DNA of 64,000 nucleotides from an uncultured Actinomycetes bacterium (GCA_963725665.1 CAVRZA010000008.1:128001-192000); one strand, 5' to 3'. Shown: positions 25,780 to 35,971, counted from the stretch's first letter. A program made the numbers and translations. Notes: generated by a model from the sequence alone, not told the origin.

Positions 25780-28397
25780 ATGAGGATCCGCGAGCTCATC
25801 GTCACGCACTCCAACACCGACTTCGACGCCTTCGCCGGCATGGTCGCGGCGCACAAGCTCTACCCGGAGGCGACGATCGTCCTGTCGGGGGCTCTGAACC
25901 GCAACGTGCGCGAGTTCGCCACTCTGCATGCCGAGCAGATCGAGACGGCGGAGGCGGCGGCCGTCGAGCCGCGCTACGTCAAACGCCTGATCCTGGTGGA
26001 GACGATGCACCCCAACCGCCTCGGCGAGCTGGGGCCTCTCTGCTACCAGAAGGGCGTCGAGGTGGTCGTCTTCGACCACCACCGGCCCGAGGTGGAGCCG
26101 CCCGACTTCGTGCACGAGAACAACTTCATCACCTCGCGAGGACGGCTCCCTGGTGACGCTCATGCTGCGCATCATCGCCGAGCGCGGCATCGAGGTGACG
26201 CTCCCTCGAGGCGACCGTGTTCGCACTCGGCATCCACGAGGACACCGGCTCGCTCGGCTTCTCGACGGCGACCGTGCGCGACGCGGAGGCGCTCGCCTTC
26301 TGCATGCGTCAGGGCGCCAGCCAGACGCTGATCGAGCGCTACCTGCACAACCCGCTCACGCAGCAGCAGCGCGAGCTCCTGCGCCACGTGCTCGACACCG
26401 TCGAGAGCCTCTCCGTGGCCGGTCTCGAGGTGCTCATCGGCGCCGTGAAGGAGACGGAGTACGTCGAGGGCGTGAGCGTGGTGGCGCACAAGGTCGTCGA
26501 CCTCACCAACTGCGACGCCTTCTTCCTGCTCGTGGAGATGGAGAAGCGCGTGTTCGTGACGGCGCGCGGCCGCGGCGGCCTGCTCGACGTGGCGGCGGTG
26601 CTCAGGCCGCTCGGCGGCGGCGGCCACGTCGCCGCCGCCTCGGGCATCCTCAAGGACCAGAGCCTGACGCAGGTCAAGCGGCGGCTGCGCGCTTCGCTGC
26701 GCGTGGTCGCGGCCCAAGTGCGCACGGCCGAGTCGGTGATGTCGAAGCCGCTGCACTGGGTGACCACCGAGGCCACCGTAGACGAGGCCCTGGTGACCTG
26801 CCAGCGCTACGGCTACGGCGGGCTGTCGGTGATCGACGACGGCCTGCTCGTCGGCTCGGTGGCGCGCCGTGACCTCGACCGCGCCGTCTCCCACCGTCTC
26901 GGGCACGCTCCCGTCAAGGCGGTCATGACCAGCGAGGCGCCCTACGCCCGCGCCTCGACGCCCGTCGAAGAGCTCGCCAAGCTGATGGCGCGCGATCCTC
27001 TGGGGCGCGTGCCCATCGTGCGTGACGACGCCGACGAGCCCGTCGCTCTCGACGATGTCGTCGGCGTCGTCACGCGCTCGGACCTGTTGCGCGAGTTGCA
27101 CAGGCGCGCGGCGCCGGAGCGCGTACCGACGGCGGTCAACGTGGCCGAGCGCCTGCGCGCGCTGGGGCTCGACGAGTTCTTCGCGCTGGTCGAGGCCGTC
27201 GCGGTGACGTATCGCGGCGTCTACCTGGTCGGCGGCTTCGTGCGCGACCTGCTCCTTGAAGAGCGCAACCTCGACGTCGACATCGCCGTCGAGGGCGACG
27301 GCATCGAGTTCGCACGGGAGCTGGCGCGGCGGCTCAAGGGGCGCGTGCGCGCGCACAGCAAGTTCCAGACCGCGGTCGTCATCGCCCCGGCGAGCTACGG
27401 CCGCGAACGCTTCCGCGTCGACGTCGCCTCGACGCGCACGGAGTTCTACGACTTCCCGGCCGCTCTGCCGAAGGTGGAACACACCACGATCCGCAACGAC
27501 CTGGCGCGGCGTGACTTCGCCATCAACGCCATGGCTGTCTCTCTCAAGCCCGAGGACTTCGGCGTCTTGCTCGACTACTTCGGCGGCCTCGAGGACCTGC
27601 ACCGCAAGCGCATCCGCGTGCTGCACAACCTGAGCTTCATCGAGGACCCGACGCGCATCTTCCGCGCCATCCGCTACGAGAGCCGCTACGGCTTGCGTAT
27701 GGACCGCCACACGCTCAGCCTGGCCAAGAGCTGCAGCGACATGGACCTGATCGGCGACCTCTCCTCGGCGCGGCTGCGTGACGAGCTGATCCTGCTCTTC
27801 AGCGAGCCCAAGGTGGAGTTCGCCTTGCGCCGTCTGCGCGACCTCGAGCTGCAGAACGCCGTCCACCCGCGCCTCGTCCTGGGCGAAGAGACGGATCGCC
27901 TGCTACGCGCCGGCGACGCCGCTTGGCGGCGCTTCAAGCTCGCCGGCGAGGTGCCGCTCTGGCGGCTGCGGCTGGTGTGGCTCCTGCGCCGTCTGAAGCC
28001 GGAGGAGATCGAGTCGTGGACGGTGCGCATGCGCTTCAGGGCGCGCGACGGCGAGGTGTTGTCGCGCTCGTGGGTGATCGGCCGACGTCTGACGGAGCGC
28101 GTCGCCGCGGGGATGGGCGACGCCGACCTCTACGAGGCGGCGCGGGGCGAGCCGCTCGAGGCGGTGCTCGTCGCCCTCGTCAGCGCCCGCGGCTCGGCCG
28201 CCGAGGAGCGGCTCGCGCACTTCCTGGAGACGACGCGCTTCGTGCACCTCGATGTCTCGGGGGATGACCTGCTGGCGCTCGGCTTCGATGAGTCACCGCA
28301 GCTCGGCGAGGTCTTGCGCACGCTGCTGCGCCTGAAGCTCAACGGCGTCATCGCGTCGCGGGAGGAGGCGCTCGAGACGGCGCGGCGCCTGCGCTAG
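25780..28397 (+). CDS. DHH-DHHA1-CBS-CBS class II tRNA nucleotidyltransferase, two +1 frameshifts (probable assembly errors)
   Basis: THSNTDFDA, DHH, GGGH, CBS pair, YLVGGFVRDLL..DVDI, RTEFY, DLARRDFAINA, FIEDPTR; extra bases near 26137 and 26202. Confidence 0.9.
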
Positions 28398-28438
28398 CGC
28401 TGCGCCGCGCCGTCGAAGCGGCTACACTTAGACGGACC

Positions 28439-29074
28439 ATGCAAGGACCGTCCCTCGACCTCCTCCTCATCCTTCCGGTGCTGCTCGTGAGCCTCGTGCT
28501 GCACGAGCTGGCGCACGGCCTGGTGGCCGACGCCCTTGGCGACCCGACGCCGCGCGCCATGGGACGCCTGACACTGAACCCGCTGCCACACCTCGATCTC
28601 TTCGGGACGCTGATGCTCGTCATCACCTCGCTGTCGGGGAGCGTGCTCTTCGGCTGGGCCAAGCCGGTGCCCGTCGACCCGCGTCATTTCCGCTCGCCGC
28701 AGCACGGCATGATGCTCGTGGGCGCTGCGGGGCCGCTGACGAACTTCGCCATAGCCGTGTGCGCATCGCAGGTGGTGCGCCTGGCGGGCAGCTCCCAGGG
28801 ACTGCTCTTTGAGCTGGGCTGGGACCTCTACGTCCTCAACCTCTTCCTGGGCTTCCTCAACCTCATCCCGATACCGCCCCTCGACGGGTCGCGCGTGCTG
28901 GGCGGCATCCTGCCTGCGCGCCTCTATCCCGCCTGGACGTCGCTGGACCGCTTCGGCAACGTGCTGTTCGTGGCTGTCTTTCTCCTGCTCATCACGAACC
29001 CGACAGCGCTCGGCAACGTGTTCGAGCCCTTCTTCCGCGGCATCTCCAGCGTGCTCTTGCCGGGGTGGGTCTGA
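28439..29074 (+). CDS. Site-2 protease family (M50) membrane metalloprotease
   Basis: HELAH, GDPTPR..GRLTLNPL.H.D, GWAKPVP, NLIPIPPLDG. Confidence 0.93.
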   Translation: MQGPSLDLLLILPVLLVSLVLHELAHGLVADALGDPTPRAMGRLTLNPLPHLDLFGTLMLVITSLSGSVLFGWAKPVPVDPRHFRSPQHGMMLVGAAGPLTNFAIAVCASQVVRLAGSSQGLLFELGWDLYVLNLFLGFLNLIPIPPLDGSRVLGGILPARLYPAWTSLDRFGNVLFVAVFLLLITNPTALGNVFEPFFRGISSVLLPGWV

Positions 29075-29943
29075 TGACCGCTGTCGAGGTGAGGGAGCGC
29101 CGCGACGGTGAGCTCGTCTGGTTCGAAGCCGGCGGCGACGGCTGGCGCGCGGCGTTCTCGACACGCCTGGGCGGCGTGTCGCAAGCCCCGTACGACACGC
29201 TCAACATCGGCTACTCCGTGGCCGACCAGCAACGCGCTGTGGCTGAGAACCGGCGCCGCCTCACCGCCGGGCTCGGCCTCGAGGTGCGCGACCTAGTCGT
29301 GCCCGGTCAGGTACACGGCACGACGCTCTCGACCGTCGGCCTCGGCGAGCGGGGGAGAGGTGCCTTCGGCAGGGAGACTGTCCTGCACGACACCGACGGT
29401 CTCGTGACCCGAGACGCCGGCGTGCCGCTGATGGTCACCTTCGCCGACTGCGTGCCGGTCTTGATCGTGGCGAACGGCGCGCGAGGCGCCGCGCGCATCG
29501 CCCTGGTGCACGCCGGTTGGCGGGGCATGCTCGCCGGCATCGTCGCCAAGGCCGCGCGGGAGTTGGTCTCGTCGCTGCGCGTGGCAGACTCAGGAGGTCG
29601 CCACGCGCCGGCGGACGACAGGTATTCGCCGCGGGGCGGCGACGCGGCGCGCGGGCAGCCCGCACGCCTCCTCGCCGCCCTCGTCGGCCCCTCGATCGGC
29701 CCCTGCAGCTTCGAGGTAGGCGACGACATCGGTCGTCGCTTCGAGGCCGCCTTCCCGGGCACGTGGCGGGGGGGCAGTGTCGATCTCTGGTGGGCAGCGG
29801 AGCAACAACTGGTCGCGGTAGGCCTCGCCTCCGAGGCCGTCGTCAATCCGCGCCTCTGCACCGCCTGCGACGAACGCTTCTTCTCGCACCGGCGTGACAG
29901 AGGCCTCACCGGGCGCCAGGCGGCGATAGCGTGGCTCGCGTGA
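29074..29943 (+). CDS. pgeF: YfiH/PgeF family protein (laccase-like purine nucleoside phosphorylase)
   Basis: STRLGGVS, QVHG, ADCVPV, HAGWRG, GPSIG.C.FEVG, FFSHRR. Confidence 0.9.
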   Translation: MTAVEVRERRDGELVWFEAGGDGWRAAFSTRLGGVSQAPYDTLNIGYSVADQQRAVAENRRRLTAGLGLEVRDLVVPGQVHGTTLSTVGLGERGRGAFGRETVLHDTDGLVTRDAGVPLMVTFADCVPVLIVANGARGAARIALVHAGWRGMLAGIVAKAARELVSSLRVADSGGRHAPADDRYSPRGGDAARGQPARLLAALVGPSIGPCSFEVGDDIGRRFEAAFPGTWRGGSVDLWWAAEQQLVAVGLASEAVVNPRLCTACDERFFSHRRDRGLTGRQAAIAWLA

Positions 29944-30016
29944 ACAGCGCGGCCTGCGGCCTGGGCCGCTCGAGTCGCTGGTCTGAGCAATGCGGCGGAT
30001 CGGGAATGAGTAGGGC

Positions 30017-30706
30017 GTGACCGAGCATCGCGGGAGCGCCGAGAGCGTGCGCGAGCACTTCGCCGCGGTGCGGGCGCGGGTCGACGAGGCGGCGGCCGCG
30101 GCGGGGAGATCCGGCGCAGAGGTCGAGATCCTCGTGGCCACGAAGTACGTCGATGTCGACGGCATGCAGGTGCTGATCGATGCCGGGGTCGGCCTGGTGG
30201 GCGAGAACCGGGCGCAGGATCTGGCGGCCAAGCACGAGCGCTACGGCGACGGGTTCGTGTGGGACTTCATCGGCCACCTGCAGAGTCGCAAGACGAAGAT
30301 CGTCCTGCCGCTGGTGCGCCTCATCCACAGCGTCGACAGCGTGAGCGTCGTAAAGGAGTTGCAGGCTCGCTCGACGAACACCACGAGAGCCCTGCTCGAA
30401 GTGAACATTGGCGGGGAAGAGACGAAGAGCGGGGTCCCGATCGAGCGGGTGGACGTGTTCTTGGAGGAGGCGGCCACGTACGACCGCGTCGAGTTCGCCG
30501 GGCTCATGTGCATGCCGCCCCTGGGCTCCGACGCATCGTCGTCGGCGCCCTACTTCGCCCGTACGCGAGAGCTCGCGGAACGCCTTTCGGCGGCGTGGCG
30601 GGGCCGATATACTTTCGCGGTACTGTCGATGGGTACGAGCGCGGACTACGACGTCGCCGTCAGAGAAGGGGCGACCATCGTGCGTGTGGGAAGCGTCTTG
30701 TTCTGA
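30017..30706 (+). CDS. yggS: YggS family PLP homeostasis protein
   Basis: VATKY, GENRAQ, FIGHLQS.K, IHSVDS, LSMGTS.DY.VA..EGATIVRVGS. Confidence 0.93.
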   Translation: MTEHRGSAESVREHFAAVRARVDEAAAAAGRSGAEVEILVATKYVDVDGMQVLIDAGVGLVGENRAQDLAAKHERYGDGFVWDFIGHLQSRKTKIVLPLVRLIHSVDSVSVVKELQARSTNTTRALLEVNIGGEETKSGVPIERVDVFLEEAATYDRVEFAGLMCMPPLGSDASSSAPYFARTRELAERLSAAWRGRYTFAVLSMGTSADYDVAVREGATIVRVGSVLF

Positions 30707-30724
30707 GGGCGACCTGGAGGAGCG

Positions 30725-31249
30725 ATGGGTCTGGGCGATACGTGGCACAAGGTGATGGTCTACTTCGGCATCGCCGAAGAGGATGAGTACGACGAGGACG
30801 AGACGCTGGCGCCGCACGATGAGCTCGAGCGTTCCTACCAGGAGCGCCCCAACGTGCGCAAGCTGAACCGCGGCCGCTCGCGCTCCGACTACGACGACAT
30901 CTTCGCCGACGAGCAGCCGCGGCCGGTGCCGCAACGCGTCGTGCGGCCGATCGAGGCGCCGCGTCAGCAGCGCGTCGAGGTACACCTCGTGGTGCCCAAG
31001 AACTTCAACGACGCGCAGCAGATCGCCGATAAGTTCAAGGTCGATATCCCGGTGATCATCAACCTACAGGGCGCCGAGGTGGAGCTCTCGAAGCGGCTGA
31101 TCGACTTCGGCAGCGGGCTTACCTACGCCCTTGACGGCGGCATGCAGCGCGTGGCCGACAAGGTGTTCCTCTTGACCCCGCGCAACGTCGAGGTCTCGGC
31201 GGAGGAGAAGGCCCGCCTCATGGAAAAGGGCTTCTTCAACCAGTTCTGA
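30725..31249 (+). CDS. sepF: Cell division protein SepF
   Basis: PKNFNDAQ.IAD.F..PVIINL, KRLIDF.SGL.Y.L.G, VFLLTP.NVEV. Confidence 0.95.
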   Translation: MGLGDTWHKVMVYFGIAEEDEYDEDETLAPHDELERSYQERPNVRKLNRGRSRSDYDDIFADEQPRPVPQRVVRPIEAPRQQRVEVHLVVPKNFNDAQQIADKFKVDIPVIINLQGAEVELSKRLIDFGSGLTYALDGGMQRVADKVFLLTPRNVEVSAEEKARLMEKGFFNQF

Positions 31250-31262
31250 GAGCCCCACGCAC

Positions 31263-32054
31263 ATGAAGGTCGGTCTCCTCGGCGCAGGCCGCATCGCCAC
31301 GGCGTTCGCCGAGGGGTGGAGCCGTCCCGGTCTCGCGGCTTCTGAGCGTCCCCAGCTCTGGCTCTTCGACATCGCCGAGGAGCGGGCGCGCGAACTCGCC
31401 CGGCGCACCGACGGCCACGCTGCCGACTCGCCCGGCGAGCTCGCGCGCGCCGTCGACCTGATCGTCCTCGCCGTCGAGCCCACGGCCGTGGACGCGGCCC
31501 TGACGGCGGTCGCACCCGACGTCGGTGATACGCCGCTGGTGTCTCTGGCGGCCTTCGTGGACTTGGCCGCCCTGCGCGCGCCGCTCTCGCCGCTCGCCCG
31601 CGTGGGCCGCGTCATGCCCAACGTCGCCGCCGCCCAGGGGCGCGCGGTACTGCTCTTCGTGTCCGGCACGCTCGGCGACGCCGAGCCTGGCGTGCGTGCC
31701 GCGATCGAGCTGCTGGGAACGGTGGTGCCGATCGCGGAGGACGTGTTCGACCTCTACACGGCGGTCTCCGGGTGCGGCCCCGGTTTCATCGCTTACTTCG
31801 CCGAAGCGCTCGAGCGCGCCGCCGTCGCGGCCGGCGTGCCGGCCGCCACGGCGCGCTTGTTGGTCGCCGAGTCGGCGGCCGGCATCGGGCTCGTGATCGG
31901 CGCGCGCGGCGACCCCGGCGCGGTGCGCGAGACGATCGTGACGCCGGGCGGCATGACGGGGGCGGGCGTCAAGGTCCTCCACGACGGGGGCCTCGAGGAT
32001 CTCGTGGCGGGCGCCGTTTCGGCTGCCGTCGCGCGGGCGAAAGAGCACCCATGA
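31263..32054 (+). CDS. proC: Pyrroline-5-carboxylate reductase
   Basis: GAGRIA, RVMPN, TAVSGCGPG, VTPGGMT; synteny with yggS/yggT. Confidence 0.88.
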   Translation: MKVGLLGAGRIATAFAEGWSRPGLAASERPQLWLFDIAEERARELARRTDGHAADSPGELARAVDLIVLAVEPTAVDAALTAVAPDVGDTPLVSLAAFVDLAALRAPLSPLARVGRVMPNVAAAQGRAVLLFVSGTLGDAEPGVRAAIELLGTVVPIAEDVFDLYTAVSGCGPGFIAYFAEALERAAVAAGVPAATARLLVAESAAGIGLVIGARGDPGAVRETIVTPGGMTGAGVKVLHDGGLEDLVAGAVSAAVARAKEHP

Positions 32055-32323
32055 CCTTCATCATCAGGCTGCTCGAACTGGCCATCAGCATCTACATCCT
32101 CCTCGTCCTCGCACGCGCGGTGCTGTCGTGGTTCCCGCTGCGTTCCGGCACGCCGATGTACACGGTCTACAGCTACGTGTACGACGTCACCGAACCGTAC
32201 CTGCGGCTCTTCCGCCGCATCCTGCCACCCGTTCGCATGGGGAACGCGGCACTCGACTTGAGCCCGATCGTGGGCTTCGTCGTGCTCCTCGTGGTCCAGC
32301 GCCTGCTGTATCTGATCGTCTAG
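32051..32323 (+). CDS. yggT: YggT family membrane protein
   Basis: RAVLSWFP, VTEPYLRLFRRILPP, LDLSPIV. Confidence 0.92.
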   Translation: MTFIIRLLELAISIYILLVLARAVLSWFPLRSGTPMYTVYSYVYDVTEPYLRLFRRILPPVRMGNAALDLSPIVGFVVLLVVQRLLYLIV

Positions 32324-32341
32324 GCCTAAGGGGGCTGCCTC

Positions 32342-33157
32342 ATGAAGCTCACACCGCTAGACATCCGCCACAAAGACTTCAAGCGCGGCCTGCGCGGGTA
32401 CGTCGACGGCGAGGTCGACGAGTTCCTCGATGAGGTGGCCGACGAGTTCGAACGCCTCTTCAAGGAGAACATCGAGCTGGGCGAGCAGGTGGAGTCGCTG
32501 CAGGAGCGCGTCGATCAGTACCGCAACCTCGAGGAGACGCTGCAAAAGACGCTGGTCTCAGCACAGAAGAGCGCCGAAGAGCTTAAGGTCAACGCCGAGA
32601 AGGAGGCGCAGCTGATCCTGCGCGAGGCCGAGATGAAGGCGCGTCAGATGGTCAACGACTCCTACGCCGACAAGCAGACGGTCGAGAAGACCATCGTGAT
32701 GCTGAAGGGCACCGAGGAGGAGTTCCGCTTCAAGTTCAAGGCGATGCTGCAGGGCTACATGAAGCAGGTCGACGAGCTCGACGAACGGGCGAAGAGGGCA
32801 CGCGACGAGGCCGACGAACGCGCCAAGGTGGCACGCGACGAGGCCCATGCCGCTGCGCCGGCGGCTACCGAGCCGCCTGCGCCGGAGCCTTCGGACGAAG
32901 CGAAGCGCGCCATCGCCGCGCAGGAGACCGTGGCTGCCGCACCGACTCCAGCCGAGGGTGCGCTGGGCGGCACAGCGCGTCCGGCGGAACCCGACAAGAG
33001 CCCGTCCTCGGGTGGCGTGTTCGGTAAGCCGATCGCCACGCCGGAGACGACGGCGCCCGAAGAGGCGCCCACGGGTGATGCCGGGCCCGCACCCAGCGGC
33101 GACGACTTGCTCGGCGACATCGAGACCGAGGTGCGCGACGACGAGTTCAAGTGGTGA
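32342..33157 (+). CDS. divIVA: DivIVA/Wag31 domain protein
   Basis: LTPLDI..KDF..LRGY..EVDEFLD followed by coiled coil. Confidence 0.95.
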   Translation: MKLTPLDIRHKDFKRGLRGYVDGEVDEFLDEVADEFERLFKENIELGEQVESLQERVDQYRNLEETLQKTLVSAQKSAEELKVNAEKEAQLILREAEMKARQMVNDSYADKQTVEKTIVMLKGTEEEFRFKFKAMLQGYMKQVDELDERAKRARDEADERAKVARDEAHAAAPAATEPPAPEPSDEAKRAIAAQETVAAAPTPAEGALGGTARPAEPDKSPSSGGVFGKPIATPETTAPEEAPTGDAGPAPSGDDLLGDIETEVRDDEFKW

Positions 33158-33167
33158 GCGGGACGCC

Positions 33168-33464
33168 GTGCGGCCCACGGCCGGCGGCGTCCTGCTCGCT
33201 CTTTGGGTCACGCCCGGCGCGCGGCACGCGACGTGCGAGGGCGAGCGCGACGGGTACGTGCGCGTGAGGTTGCGGGCCCCGGCGCGCGAGGGTCGCGCCA
33301 ATGAAGAGCTCGTGCGCCTGCTCGCGCAGCGTCTCGACGTGTCGCGCGCAGACGTGACAATCGTGAGCGGCGCACGAGCGAGACGAAAGGTGGCGCGCGT
33401 CGCCGGCCTTGCGGCCGACGACGCGCGCCTGGACTCACTGCTTCGGGGAGGTGAGCATGGCTAA
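33168..33464 (+). CDS. DUF167/YggU family protein
   Basis: VTPGA, VRLRAPAREGRANEEL.RLLA..L.V....VTIVSG..R.K. Confidence 0.88.
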   Translation: MRPTAGGVLLALWVTPGARHATCEGERDGYVRVRLRAPAREGRANEELVRLLAQRLDVSRADVTIVSGARARRKVARVAGLAADDARLDSLLRGGEHG

Positions 33465-33621
33465 GCTGGCGTATTGCGAGAGCTGCAGGGCGACCTATCC
33501 CCTGAACATCGTCTCCCACGAGGGATCGCGCGCGAGCAAGGGCAAGGAGTTCGCTTGCCCGCTGGGACACACCGACATCCGCACGGTCGAGGAGCCACCC
33601 GCCGGTGACGAGAAGAAGTAG
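33457..33621 (+). CDS. 54-aa putative zinc-ribbon protein
   Basis: SD GGAGGTGA; CESC and CPLGH; overlaps both flanking genes. Confidence 0.75.
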   Translation: MAKLAYCESCRATYPLNIVSHEGSRASKGKEFACPLGHTDIRTVEEPPAGDEKK

Positions 33622-34045
33622 GCGTCTGCTGGCCGCCGGCTTCGTCGTCGCGGGGGTCGTGGCGCTCGACCAGCTCACCAAGTGGCTCGTGCGCCGCGAT
33701 GTCGCCGAGCTCCCGCTCCATTTGACGAGCTGGCTGAGGCTCGAGGAGGTGCACAACAAGGGCATCTCGTTCGGCACCTTCGCCCAGGGAGGCACCTGGG
33801 TGGTCGCCGTCGTCTCCATCGTCATGGCGGTCCTGGTCGTGCTCCTCTTCTACTTGGGGCCGCGCTACTCGCTGCCGCTCGCCCTGATCCTGGCCGGCAG
33901 CCTGGGCAACCTCATCGACCGCCTGCGCTTCGGCTTCGTTTGGGACTTCGTCACCGTGCCCCATTGGCCGACGTTCAACGTCGCCGACGCCGCCATCGCG
34001 ACCGGTGCCGTCTGGCTCGGGTTGGTCGTCCTTACCGGCGATTGA
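33605..34045 (+). CDS. lspA: Lipoprotein signal peptidase II
   Basis: LDQLTK, N.GISFG, GNLIDR, V.DF, WPTFNVAD. Confidence 0.95.
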   Translation: MTRRSRRLLAAGFVVAGVVALDQLTKWLVRRDVAELPLHLTSWLRLEEVHNKGISFGTFAQGGTWVVAVVSIVMAVLVVLLFYLGPRYSLPLALILAGSLGNLIDRLRFGFVWDFVTVPHWPTFNVADAAIATGAVWLGLVVLTGD

Positions 34046-34052
34046 GGCTGCC

Positions 34053-35084
34053 GTGACGCGCTCCTTCGTCGTTGGGCCGGAGGAGGCGGGCGAGCGCCTC
34101 GACGTGACGCTCGCCCGCCACGCCGGCCTCTCGCGCGCGCAGGCGCAACGCCTGCTCGCCGAGGGCTGGGCGCTCGTCGACGGTGTCGCGCGCGCCAAGC
34201 ACCACCAGGTGCGCCCCGGCGAACGCGTCGAGGTCGACGAGCCGCCGGCCGGCGAGACGGAGCTCGTCGCCGAGAACGTCGCGTTCACCGTCGTCTACGA
34301 AGACGACTGGCTCCTCGTCGTCGACAAGCCGGCCGGCGTCGTCGTGCACCCGGCGCCGGGCCACGAGCACGGCACCCTCGTGCACGGATTGCTCGGGCGG
34401 GGCATCGCCGGCGGCCACGAGCTTCGTCCCGGCATCGTGCACCGGCTCGACCGCGACACCTCCGGCCTGCTCATCGTCGCCCGCAGTCAGGAGTCCTATC
34501 GCCGCCTCGTCACTCTCCTCGCGGCGCGGCGCATCGCGCGTACCTACCTAGCGCTGCTCGAGGGACGCCTGCCGCAGGACGAAGGCACCATCGACGCTCC
34601 CATCGGACGTCACCTGCGCGACCGTACGCGCATGTCGCTGCACAGCGCGGCGGCGCGACGGGCCGTCACCCATTTCAGCGTGCTGCGCCGGCTCACGTGC
34701 GGCGCGCAAGACACGACCGCGGGCGGCGGACGGCAAGAGGCTGGCGAGGACTTCACCTACGTCGAGGTACGCCTCGAGACCGGGCGCACGCACCAGATCC
34801 GCGTGCACTTCGCGGCTCTGGGCTATCCCGTGGCCGGCGACACCGTCTACGGGCGAGGCCGGCGTCCCGCCGGCCTCGCCCGTCAGTTCCTGCACGCGTG
34901 GCGCCTGAGCTTCCCGCACCCTGAGGATGGACGCGAGCTGAGCTTCGAGGCGCCCCTGCCCGAGGAGCTGGCGTCGTTCCTCGCGGTCGCTTTCGCAAAC
35001 CTGAAAGCGGGCCTCCCAGAAACCTCCCTTGCGAACGGTGGCATACTGACTTCATGGGCATGGTCTTCCATAGACTGGCCATAG
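34053..35084 (+). CDS. rluD: RluA/RluD family pseudouridine synthase
   Basis: ERLD S4 domain, VVDKPAG.VVHP, GIVHRLDRDTSG, LETGRTHQIRVH, QFLHA; C-terminus runs into the next gene. Confidence 0.93.
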   Translation: MTRSFVVGPEEAGERLDVTLARHAGLSRAQAQRLLAEGWALVDGVARAKHHQVRPGERVEVDEPPAGETELVAENVAFTVVYEDDWLLVVDKPAGVVVHPAPGHEHGTLVHGLLGRGIAGGHELRPGIVHRLDRDTSGLLIVARSQESYRRLVTLLAARRIARTYLALLEGRLPQDEGTIDAPIGRHLRDRTRMSLHSAAARRAVTHFSVLRRLTCGAQDTTAGGGRQEAGEDFTYVEVRLETGRTHQIRVHFAALGYPVAGDTVYGRGRRPAGLARQFLHAWRLSFPHPEDGRELSFEAPLPEELASFLAVAFANLKAGLPETSLANGGILTSWAWSSIDWP

Positions 35085-35818
35085 GGTCGCTCGTTGTTCT
35101 CCTCATCGCGCTACCTGCCTCGTCGCTCTTAGCGTTCCTTGTCGGCGGAGCGGGTATGGCGTGGACACTCAACTCAAGTGGATGGCTTCTGTACGCGGTC
35201 ATGCTCGGCGCTGCCATGGCCTGCACCGTGGCGTCCCTGGCCGTGCGTCCCAACGTCCGGCTGACCGGCCTTGTGCTGACTCTCCTTCTCCTCACGCTGG
35301 TTCCAGCCGCTTCGAGCACTCTCGCCGTCGGAGTCATCGTCTGCGGCGTGGTCGGCTTGCTGGTCGCCTTGCTTCTACGACCGCCAATCGGAGGACCATC
35401 TGTCGCCGCAATCACGGTTGCAGTCGTCGTGTTCATGGCAGCCCTTGGCCTTCTTGCGGCGAGGGTCGAGCTCGGGAATCCGTTTGCGCGCTGGGACTCG
35501 CGAGAGACGTTCGCCACGCTCGTTTCCCCGGATGGTCGGTGGACTGCCAACAGCCAGCTGGTGGAGCAGTTCGCCATCCTCGGCGACATATGGTCAGAGG
35601 TGACGGTCGAGCGCAGCACGCTTGGTCTCTTCAGTCAGTCGGGCACCGTCTGGAAGGGAGAGGTCAACGCGCGCCGGCCGACGATGCGGTGGTTGAGCAA
35701 CGACGCCCTACTCGTGGACGACACCCAGGTGGCCCTCAACAGCGCCTCCGGCGGGGCGAGTACTGGGGCATTCTGCTCCTGGACCTTGTTGCAGCTGCTT
35801 TGTTCCGGGGTGGAATGA
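35054..35818 (+). CDS. Hypothetical membrane protein (about 5 TM plus a soluble SPDG-containing domain)
   Basis: Long ORF with hydrophobic segments; more A/T-ending codons than neighbours; TGnCATACT 6 nt upstream of ATG. Confidence 0.6.
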   Translation: MGMVFHRLAIGSLVVLLIALPASSLLAFLVGGAGMAWTLNSSGWLLYAVMLGAAMACTVASLAVRPNVRLTGLVLTLLLLTLVPAASSTLAVGVIVCGVVGLLVALLLRPPIGGPSVAAITVAVVVFMAALGLLAARVELGNPFARWDSRETFATLVSPDGRWTANSQLVEQFAILGDIWSEVTVERSTLGLFSQSGTVWKGEVNARRPTMRWLSNDALLVDDTQVALNSASGGASTGAFCSWTLLQLLCSGVE

Positions 35819-35934
35819 GCTGACTGGAGTGTCGGCGTCTGCTGATGAACCGGCGTAGGGGTCGTTTGAGCATGCGGGCGAAGAGGCAAGCGAAGGCCAG
35901 TTGAGACGGCGCCGTCTGCCAACCCGAACCGACC

Positions 35935-35963
35935 TTGACTGCCCGGTAGCGCACCGGTAGAGT
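35935..35963 (+). promoter_or_regulatory. sigma70 promoter of the pyr operon
   Basis: TTGACT, 17 nt, TAGAGT. Confidence 0.8.
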
Positions 35964-35971
35964 CGCCAAAA

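Noticed and set aside
26137-26204. Programmed frameshifting in the nucleotidyltransferase
   Set aside because: Two isolated +1 bases with no slippery heptamer or stimulatory structure; fits local assembly error
32774-32845. DERAK.ARDEA duplication in divIVA
   Set aside because: Ordinary 33-bp coiled-coil duplication
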